A stretch of DNA of 43,616 nucleotides from Klebsormidium nitens. Taxonomy: Eukaryota > Plantae > Klebsormidiophyceae. The position numbers and the translations under genes are program-made. The notes below the pieces were generated by a model. That model did not search any database, was not told the origin of the DNA, and was given only the letters and a program-made list of their open reading frames with translations. Position 1 is the first letter of the stretch, and every line of letters begins with the position of its first letter. Below are positions 1-9,500 of the stretch, one piece after another. The stretch spans positions 1 through 43,616 of the forward strand of contig DF237636.1 in the NCBI GenBank assembly GCA_000708835.1, read 5' to 3'.

Positions 1-1083
1 GAAGAGAGTGACCTCTGGCGGAAGTCCATGGACGAGGAGATGCGTTCTATGTTGGAGAACGGGACGTGGGAGATCGTCGAAAAACCGGAAGGGGTCAAGC
101 CGGTTCCATGAAGTGGGTTTACAAGATCAAGCGGGACGCTTACGGGAATGTGGAACGGTACAAGTCCCGGCTGCTGGCGATGGGCTACCTGCACAAGCGG
201 GGGAATCACTTCGACAAGGCCTACACCTTGGTGAGGAAGCACACAACGTTGCGTGCGCTGTTGGCGGTGGTCGCGGAGCGAGCGCGACTTTAATCTGCAT
301 CAGCTGGATGTCAAGACGGCGTTCTTCAACGGAGAGCTAGAGGAGAAGATCTACATGCTTGAACAGCCGCAAGGATACGAGCAAAGTGGGCTAGAGATGG
401 TCTGCCGCCTCAAGCGCACCTTGTACAGGTTGCGTCAGGCGCCGCATGCGTGGCACATGCGTCCGAGAGAAGAGCTCGAGAGAATTGAGTTCGTGGCGTC
501 CATGGTGGACGCGGCGCTTTGCACGGGGATTGTGCCCGGGGAGCGGGTCTACCTCGTGGTGTGGGTGAACATCCTCGTGGCGGCCCGTGGTGCAGAGCAA
601 ATTGCAAAGCTGAAGGTGCATTTGGCGGAAAGGTTCGACGTGCGCGATTTGGGGGAGGCGAAATACTTTTTCGGGATGGAGCTAACGCGCGATATGGAGG
701 CGTGCACCCGGACGCAGAAGAAACTGACGGGGAAGCTGGTCGGACATTATGAACAGGCGGACGCACGGGCGCGTAGCGTTCCTTTTGGAACGGATGACAA
801 GTTAACGAAGGAGGGCGAGCCCCTCGACACGAAGCGGTTCTCATACAACGAGTGGGTGGGAAATTTGTTGAACCTGAGTGTGTGCATGATGCCCGACATC
901 GCACAGGCGGTGGGCGCACTTGCGCGCTATATGGCAGGGCTGACAGAGGCGTCCTGGCGGGCGACGCTTGGAGTTGTGCGCTACCGGGCGGCAACAGCAA
1001 AGGACGGGGTGACCTTCGGTGAGTGAGGAGACTTTCGTCGGTTACTGTGACGCAAATTACGCGGGAGACGTGGAAACGAGGCG
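1..1083 (+). mobile_element. Ty1/copia retrotransposon pol fragment (reverse transcriptase plus start of RNase H), frameshifted and decayed
   Basis: Copia RT motifs across frames: WRKSMDEEMRSMLENGTWEIV, MKWVYKIKRD..ERYKSRL, LHQLDVKTAFFNGELEEKIY, DLGEAKYFFGMEL. RNase H start GYCDANYAGDVETR at about 1040-1083. Frameshifts near 105, 285 and 1025. Confidence 0.93.
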
Positions 1084-1579
1084 TGTTGGAATTCGGGCGT
1101 TATCATTGAGTGAGAATGTCTTAATATCCTATGCAAGTCGTAGCCGACGATTGAGTCTTTGGTCGGCCAGATATCGACCGTAGGATGACAAATTATTTGG
1201 TGTCTTATTCACGCAATATTGACAGTCCGATCGTGAGTCGGGTCCAGTGATTCAGGAGCCCCGACCACTAGTGTGTAGTAGCTCCGACCTCGTAGTACGG
1301 TACTACCGACCACCTCGGTATAGTACTACCGACCACAGGTCCGAGTGGTATTTAGCCCACATAGCGAGTCGATAGTGACTAGAGTGAGTCGTATAGTGAC
1401 ACGGTCACTTGTATAGAACTTCATATATAGTTGAACCGACTAGTGCCCGGTAGAAGTGGACTAGAAAAGTAAGGCTAGGGTACAGCTATCTACGGATTCA
1501 ATTGGATGCCTTGGACATTGCCATATAATAGATGTTCATTCCTAGTAGTTGTGAACTTGAAAGGCGCTTGCTTTCAACA
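1084..1579 (+). repeat. LTR of a second copia element (5' LTR)
   Basis: Begins TGTTGG and ends TTTCAACA (TG..CA with short inverted ends). Immediately followed by a primer-binding site, and it interrupts the RNase H of the upstream element. Confidence 0.8.
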
Positions 1580-1599
1580 GGTTATGGGCCCACGACGCT
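1580..1599 (+). promoter_or_regulatory. Primer-binding site complementary to the anticodon arm of initiator tRNA-Met (half-tRNA priming)
   Basis: GGTTATGGGCCCACGACGCT directly follows the LTR end. It is complementary to the GGGCCCAUAACC region of tRNAiMet, the known PBS type of Drosophila copia and yeast Ty5. Confidence 0.8.
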
Positions 1600-1626
1600 A
1601 GGGAGTGAGGGATAAGCAGTAACCCA

Positions 1627-1819
1627 TGTTTTAAGTACGGACCGTGACGACGTTGCCGACGTCACAAGTCCCGTACTTAAACCAAGCGCGCTACCAACCG
1701 GACTATATACTCGAGTACGGGACTTGTGACGTCGAGTATAGTCCGGTTGGTAGCGCGCTTGGTTTAAGTAGGGGACTTGTGACGTTGGCGTGACGTCGTC
1801 ACGGTCCGTACTTACAACA
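1627..1819. repeat. Near-perfect palindromic (foldback/MITE-like) element, 88-bp arms and 17-bp spacer
   Basis: Arm 1627-1714 is the reverse complement of arm 1732-1819 with only a few substitutions and two 2-nt indels. Built from an AGTACGGGACTTGTGACGT-like subrepeat. TG...CA ends, with CCA on both flanks. Confidence 0.9.
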
Positions 1820-3948
1820 CCATGCTCACCGACTTCAACTCAGGGAAGGGGAGCCGCGTTTGCTTCCCCATGATGCACGGCTCACACACTGAGGTTTTGA
1901 GCGCCCTGAACGCCCCTGGTTTTAAATGCCGACACCCTCAACGAGATTGGCTTGCACCATCTTTGCAAAGTTCTCATACCCGGCGTGCCCCATCCGTCGA
2001 TGCCATAGCTCGGCCGTTTCCGGATTTCTCATAAGAAAGCACGCGTCCTCTCCCGGTGCTGCACCTTCCCGCTCCATTTCCGAAAGTGGCCCCTTGTGAG
2101 CCACTTTTGGAGATGTTGCGTTCTTCGCTCAGTCGACCACGTAGATTTTCTTCACTTTCTGAGCTACAAGGACTCCCCGTCAGCCCGGCCTCAAGCTCAC
2201 AATTGCCAATCTCATTGAACAACACTCACCGAGATCAGGTTCGCCGCAATCCTTGGGACGTACATCACGTTTTGCAGATTGACATTACACTCTCCGATCG
2301 GTATCGCGCACCGCATGTCAACCAATCCGCACCCCTCAGTTCCCTTGTCCCCGATCGTGAACTCTCGGCCCCTTCGCCCGAACATCTCGAAGGTCTCAAA
2401 TAGGCTCTTGTCCCCAGTTAGGTGCTGGGAGCTACCTGAATCGACGAGCCACTCGTCGGCAACTACTTCTTCAACCACGCTTAAAGCCACTCCCTTGCAA
2501 GGATTCCCTCCCTTCTTTTGCTCCGGCTTGTGCTCCCGCCTATCCGGCTTGCTGCACTTTCGGGCAATGTGACCAAACTCACCGCAATTGAAACACTTTT
2601 GGCAAGAGTGCCCCGGCTCTCATTTTTGCTGTGGCTCTTCTCGTTGCTTCCTTTCCGCTGAACTACATAAGCCACAGTGGAGTCCGACCCACCACCGCCG
2701 TCATCCTTGGGCAGCTTACTCCCCCTGCTCATGCATCAAGAGCTTTGGCAAAAGAGCATCCACCGAGCTCAAGGCGCCCTCCGAAGCCTCTAGGATTGTC
2801 CTCAGGGTGCTAAACGAGCTCGGCAACCCCGCAAGCAAGCTCCAAGCCAGCTCCTCCGGCTTCAGCTCGGAACCGGTAGCTGTCAAGTCCCTACACAAAT
2901 TCGTTGCTCTGCTGACGTACATGTCACGGGCTCACCCGACTTCATCTTGAGGGAATGCAACTTCTGCCTGAGCTGCATCTTCCTTGTATTGGACTTGCTT
3001 TGTAGGTCGTCTCAAGGAGATCCCAAGCCTTCTTTGCGGTTTTGCACGTCTCAATCGACCCCAAATGGTGGTCCTCAACGTTCAGCCCTATGATGGACAA
3101 CGCTTTCGTTGATTGACTAGCGTGAGTTTCTGGATCCTTCACTCTGTTCCATAGATCCTTGGATGTCAACAAGAACTTGATCTTGCGACTCCAATTGATG
3201 TAGTTGTCTACACCAAGCTTGTCTATGTGAAATTTAAAGCCGTCGGCCATCTTAGGGTTTGCTTACCCTTTCTCTCTTGCTAAGGACCAAAGGTGGAAAA
3301 TTTCCTTTTAGGCTTTCGAAACCACTTGATCCTCCTTACGGGACTTTTAAGTGTCACTTGGCTCAAAGAGCACCCGTGATAAAGCAAACCGCCCCCACCG
3401 ATGCCTTCATTGACATGAGAGAACCATAGGCTGATTTGCACCGCGTTTTGCCGCTTCTCCTCAGGAAGGAACGTGGTTTCTTATTTTGCGGATTTCACGT
3501 GTCGCCTACTCAACGGCTACCCGTGAAAAAGACCGCTTCTTTACCATCGTCCGTCGTGGCTGATTCCTCCCTAGCGCCCTAGGCTCATAACCTGTTAAAA
3601 CACAGCGTTGTTGGAAGTGATATTCAATCAATCGGTTTCAAACAAAGTATATATGGAGCGTTCCGAGTCACGGCCTATCTCTAGATCTACACTATCTAAG
3701 CTCATAGGCTCAGTGGACTGTCGCCTCGTAATTCCGAAAATTCCACTCTACACCGTACATCGACGGCTATTATTGGACCTACACCATATCGACGGTTATT
3801 GCCAAGTCATTCGGATGTAACGCTGTAACCCGCACGCATTCAACCGTGTAACCGTAACTATAATTACCGTCGAATTACCGTCGACGTCGTGATCCTAAAA
3901 CCCTAGAATCACCAAGAGATTCGGTCCATAAATGCTCGTATCTCAACA
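1820..3948 (-). mobile_element. Third Ty1/copia element, 5' half only (LTR, PBS, gag, zinc knuckle, protease, integrase HHCC domain), frameshifted and truncated
   Basis: LTR about 3948-3593 (TGTTGAGA...TTTTAACA) and PBS GGTTATGAGCCT at 3592-3581. gag MADGFKFHIDKLGVDNYINWSRKIKFLL from 3250, CFNCGEFGHIARKC knuckle at about 2600-2555, protease WLVDSGSSQHLTGD, then LWHRRMGH and CEPCIMGKQTRLPFP. Ends abruptly at about 1820. Confidence 0.92.
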
Positions 3949-5493
3949 GTTGCCGCCTACTTTCCTTCGCGAGAAGGCAAAGCCAATATCGGCCGAACGG
4001 CGAACATGGCGACCCAGCTTTCATCGGTGCCGGTGTTGTTTTTTCGGCTCCCTTACGTTTTCACCGCTGATCACAACGGAGAGGCGCTAGTCGGACAGCG
4101 CTTCCCTTGGGCTGCCGGATCGTTCGCGCTTCCAGTCGATGGTGTAAAATACAATCCGACCGTTTTACAAGTGACGGAAAGGGTCTGTGCCAATGGTTCA
4201 CATCCTATGCTCGTACAGACCCAATAAGCAGCTAGAGGCGTATACGTCGATTTTATGGCAAACTAATACTACTTCGTATTCTTTAAGATTCAGGTTCGTT
4301 ATAGGCAACGCTACGGGAGCTTCTACCACGATTCTATGTCTCGAAGACTGTCTATAAGACTACACTGGAGCCGTAAAAAACCCCTCCGAGGTCCCTTGGC
4401 ATGTTTCTTGGGCCGGCCTTCAGTGGAGGAAAAAGCTACCCCAGTTTGCTTGAATGTAGAACGTGAATGGTCCCGTGCGTGCCTCCGTATCCTGCGAAAT
4501 AGAATGCACCAATGCGCAAAGATCATATTTGTCGATTTGAGGGTCAGCTTTTACATACGCTTATAAAGCATAAACGAGGGTGGCCGTAGTGGTTGAGAAC
4601 CAGTAACCGAAGACCGTTTTTCGATATAAAATGACCGATTTTGTTTAGAATCTTCCGCCAAGCGCGTGGACACAGAACAAGGTAAATTTGTGCATTTGGA
4701 TACGCGAAACTACTCTGCATAACGGGCCCACATGGTGGTCGCACAGGTGGTCGGGAGAGGGCGCTCGGGAAAGACCGCTAGAAAACTCTACTTAGCAATT
4801 TAGGTCTAGGTTTTAGGAGCAATATGTGGCATGGTGAGTTTGACGCGCGTCATTTCACTACACGTGTGGAACCCTTCTTATCCCTTTTCGCCCGTGTGCC
4901 GATCGTCCATCGTTGGTAAGTTCTTAGTACTTTGGATGTCCTAACTTGACCGTTTATAGGTCATAATACCTGGGCCCTTTAACGTTGTGATAGTTGTGAG
5001 TTATGGATGGCGAACGTCCAGAATTCGAATCCGACCATAAACGATACTTTTCTCTTTTTTGCACTTTACGGACTTCCTTCGGTAGTTTGAGCCAAGCTCC
5101 CCCCAAGCTCCAAGTGCTTCCGTTCCTGCTTTTACCATAGTACATGCTACTTGAGCGTGGTAACTTTCTTACGGAGCTAGTTAAGTTTCGAATCTTGCAG
5201 TGCTGCAAGAATTCAAGAAGGAAAGGGGACCCAAAAGGGGGCACCGCTTCGTCTGCTTCGTCACTAATTAGCTTCAGCCGCTGCCGTCGGGCCTGCTTGT
5301 GACCCGTTTTCGAGGCGGCCGAAAAGATAGTAGTGTTAGTAAGTCTGATATGTCTTATTTGTACTTGAGAAATCCCACCGTTCTCTCAAGAGTCATGGTC
5401 GGATCGTATAATAACTCCATGGTGACCATGGTTTCGTCATTTTATTGTGATAATCTTATTGTGGTCGATTTCTCGATTTGAAGTAGGTATCAT

Positions 5494-5653
5494 CCAATGA
5501 TGGTCTCTTTTCGTTCTCGCCGTAGCCAAATAGGCCATAGGCTTCTCATGGCATACATATGTGGTGTGTTTTTCGTTTGCTTCTTCTTCTAGTGCTAATG
5601 CATGTGTACCCCACCTACCAACGTTCGTAGTACACCAATGATGGTCTCTTTTC
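5494..5653. repeat. Two exact 19-bp direct repeats (CCAATGATGGTCTCTTTTC) 141 bp apart
   Basis: Copies at 5494-5512 and 5635-5653, with weaker similarity in the flanks. Confidence 0.8.
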
Positions 5654-6140
5654 AATCGCGCTTCAGCCGATTGCGGGTGGCGGCCTACTTGCACCGACCG
5701 TGCATGTCTGCATTCCTGCCGGCCGGGTCACCGGGTCTACCGGCTCGTGAATGGACGGGGAGCAGAGTACCGACCGGTACCCTGGTGATGCACACCACGG
5801 TACGTATGTAGAACTACCGTAGGTAGCCTGGTACCGATAGTGGGTCCGCGGTCGCCGGTCGGGCGACGGGTGGCGCGGCGCCCACCCGGCGTCGAATAGC
5901 CGGGTACCTAGGTATACACTACCTAGTACCTACCTACCTACCTGTGCTAGTATACGACAAAATTTCGATAGGTCCGTGTCAGTACTTGTCTTGTTATCCA
6001 CCAATCAAAGTGGTGGTGTAGTTCCACGGGTATCACGTGGAAACAGATATCCCAGAGTCTGGTACAACCACTGCCGGAAGATACTTCGCTGACAGTGACA
6101 TCAGATCTTCTGGCAGAGGGTGCACTTGAAGTTCAGTACT

Positions 6141-6189
6141 GTGTGCAGTGTGCAGTGTGCATTGGCAATTGCCAATGACAACCAATTGG
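6141..6189. repeat. GTGTGCA x3, then a perfect 18-bp palindrome CATTGGCAATTGCCAATG and a CCAATTGG palindrome
   Basis: Read directly: the 18-bp palindrome is at 6160-6177 and the 8-bp palindrome at 6182-6189. Confidence 0.75.
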
Positions 6190-6578
6190 TGAACCGTGAG
6201 CCCCATGACAGCTACAGCCTCAGGTAGAGACTCTTCTATTATTCTTAGGTACTATGGTGCGACCTGTATGATTTAGGTACCTTGCTAGAAGTTGCGCCGC
6301 TAAATGGTACCTATGTTATGGCGGCTCATGCGCGCTCGTGTGATTTGTGATTCACGAAGCACGTATGCGAACCCCATGCGAGCTGGATTCTACAAACTTT
6401 AGTGCCAGCAGCAGCTCAGGCAGGCGAGCTCAAGTCAAGCGACCTGTCATCGCAACAAGCTTCAATTTGTTTTGTCAATCGCATCTTATCAGAATCTTTC
6501 TTCTTCCAGCGAGCCGCCAAGAAGATGTTGCTGATTGCCTGTGGGCGTATGCAGCAAGCTTGACGAACAGGCCCTGAC

Positions 6579-9500
6579 ATGGAACTCATGAGGGACGCTG
6601 TGCGCGAGCCGCCCATGGCGCGGGACTTTTTCAGGAATGCCTCCAGGGATGTTTCCCCCCAGTACCGCTGGGCAAGGTGAGTCTCCTGCTGGCTATCTTT
6701 GAGCAGGCAGACTCAACATCTCCAGAGACTGTGACAGCAGTGACTGGGCAAGGATTTGAATCCAGTGCTTCGATTGCTCCTTTTGTGTTGCCCTTGCTCT
6801 TGCGCACCTCCGCCGTGGCAGTGCTAGTGGGGAGCATTGTCCTGAGAGAGGGAACTGTGGTCATGGGAGCCCTGAACCGCTCTTGTGCTGCATCCTGCTG
6901 GCAGCCCCTCGATTGAGTTGGTTGGATGGTGGCAGAGATCGGTCCGTGGCCATCTTGGCACGTGGTCCTGCCAAACGCTGTGGGCTACAGTCTGGGTGCT
7001 GATCCTGCACTTGCCCCTAGATCTCTTGCCCTGTTGAGTAACTGAGTGAGCGCACGGTCGTTGTTTTCCCATTGGCCGCTGGCAGTGCCAGACCCTGGCA
7101 CTCATTCGTGTTCTGCCGCCCTCTCAACGTAGATTGCCTTCCTATGTGATACAGAAGAAGCAGAAGAAGCACAAGCAGCGGAGACAGGGAGCCTGAGGCA
7201 AGCAGTTTCAGAGACTTCGCACAAAGGTAAGGAGCTAGCGGCCTTGCCTCTGGTCATCTTGGTCATAAGTTGCTTGTCTGATTCTGGCATGGTAAGCACC
7301 TGCCTGGAGATTGTTTAGGCATTACTTGGTCAATGAAGCTGCAGTAACGAGCTGAACCTGGTTGTTGCTTCGTTGTTGCACCAGCACTCACTCAGGGCTA
7401 TGCAAGCTCTACGGTTTACCGCCATTGGTGCCTTTGAATCTCAAGGGATTGCCCGCAGGAGGCCAGTTCTGTTGAGTAGGGGCTGCAGTCGGCAAAGAGT
7501 GGCCTGCGGTATTCAACATATTCAATCTGATTCTGGACACCAAATCAAACATTGCATATTTGGATATTTCCCAGACTCTGCATTTTCTGAAATCTGACCT
7601 GTTCTGGCCCAGTTTGCTGCTTGACGCTGAAGTTGTCTCAGCCTGCATTTGCCAGTTTGCCCATTTTCTCCTTTCTTTACACCTTGCAAATGCTGTCTGC
7701 CACTTATCGGTCTCTCAGTGCCATGGACTGCTGTGAGGCGGTGGCAGTTGGTAGTAGGCCGCTCCTCCTTCTCTTTCACAACTTCCTCGATGACCGCCCT
7801 TTCCTTGGGTGCAGGCCCTCTCCGCCCGGCAGCCCTGCTCCCGCGCCCCAGGTGCTGAACCGCACCTCGTCCCGAAGCAAGCGCGTGGAGGCCGGTGCTG
7901 CTGCTCCCCTTGTGCCTGCCCCTGCCAGCCTGGACCGCGGCAGTGTCAAGTCTGGTCCTGGCAGGGCCGTGGGGGGCAAGCCGGACGGGGCTGCTTCCCC
8001 GCGCGGCCCGCTCGACTTCCCCGCCAGCCCTGTGTCGTCGCCAGGGTCGGTCAAGGACGCTGCCTCGCCCGCTGCCAGGCTCACCCCGGTGCGCTCACGC
8101 CGCTCGCCCTCTCCTCAGCAGGCCCTTCCTGGACAGGCGCCCTGGGTGCCGGCGGGCAGCCCGGTGGCAGCCGCGGGGGGCCCCCGTCCCAGCAGCAGCA
8201 GCAGGAGAGGGGGCATGGGCCAGGCAGGGGCCCAGGGCAGCAGCCCGCCGCTAGTGGGGCCCGCTGCGCCGGCGGCAAGGCAAGAAGCAGGCCAGGCACC
8301 TCCCAAAACATTGGTGGCACACGAAGCGACTGCGCGTAGCAGCCCAGCTCTCCGTGCTGGGGGGCAGGGGCCCAACAGAGTTGCGGGGAACACGGCAGAG
8401 GCAGCAGGTACGGCTAGCAGCCTGTGATACGGTCCCAGTCTGTCCTACTGTCGCTTCAGGCCTGGTGGAGGGCAGGCTGCTTTGAAGGGTAAAAGCAGGT
8501 TCAAACATTGGAACTTCAGACCACCATCCTCCTCCTGGACATTAAGTGTGGCCTTCGGCTCAGGCAAGCGCGAGGCCATCATTCTATGGGGTTATTAAGA
8601 CCGCTGCTGAATGAAAGGGCACGCTGCGCTTCCTCTTTGGGCAGTGAGGTGCATCATGATTCTATGGCCCAATTCACGAGCGTGTGCAAGTGTGGGTCCT
8701 CCCTGTGCAGGTGAGAGGGCAGCCAAGCCGGAGGCCCGGGGGGCCGGCCGCAGCAGCACCCCCTTCCGCCGGGGCCTGAATGCGATCAAGGGGCGCTTCT
8801 TCTCGGGTGAGCGCCCGCGCCTGGCTGAGCCCTGTTTGGAGGCCACACCGTACCTTGCAGGCTGGTGACGACGTGGGCAGTCTTTTTTCGCGATGCTATG
8901 TGGCAGCCTGCCTGAGTGCCTTTCCTGTGTGCTCTGCAGACTCGCGCAAGGCCGCCTCAGTGGAGATCAGCAAGACGCAGCAGGACCTGCTGGCACAGCA
9001 CAAGGTCAAGCCTGCGGCCAGCTCCGGAATCAAGGAGTCGCTGGTGAGTCGCACTGGTTGCTTGGACGGGTTGCACACAGCGCTCTTGCCTTGCCTGGAC
9101 GGATGGTCAGGGCGCAGCTATTGTAAGAGGGGTTACCCCTGACTGCCTGTACCCCCCCTGCACAGAGCCTGTGCATGCCGTGAGCCCCCTCGGCCACGTG
9201 CCTCACGTTTGCTGCCCCCGCTTGCAGGTGCACCGCTTGACGCGTGCCCTCCAGCGGCCCGGCCAGCCTGCGCGCTCGCGCTTCCTGCCCGCCCCTCCTG
9301 CTGCCCCTCTGGAGCCGCCCGCCGCTCCCATGACTGCGGTGGCCTCCCCTCCGCGGGCTTCCATGCCTCGCCTGCTGGAGCCCCCCAAGGCACTCGCGGC
9401 GCGCACAGCCCCCAGTGAGGAGCCAGAGCAGCCCTGCGCGGAGGGACACAGGCTGGAGGAAGCGAGGGTAGGCACAGCAGGGACGATGGGAGGAGCAGGA

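Noticed and set aside
1580-1599. tRNA gene fragment
   Set aside because: Only about 20 nt of antisense complementarity next to an LTR. It is a PBS, with no cloverleaf.
3609-3948. Independent solo LTR (TGTTGG...CTCAACA)
   Set aside because: The flanks AGCGT and GTTGC give no TSD. It is better explained as the 5' LTR of the minus-strand copia, ending at 3593 next to its PBS.
5494-5653. CRISPR-like repeat-spacer arrangement
   Set aside because: Only two copies, a 122-bp gap, eukaryotic context and no cas genes.
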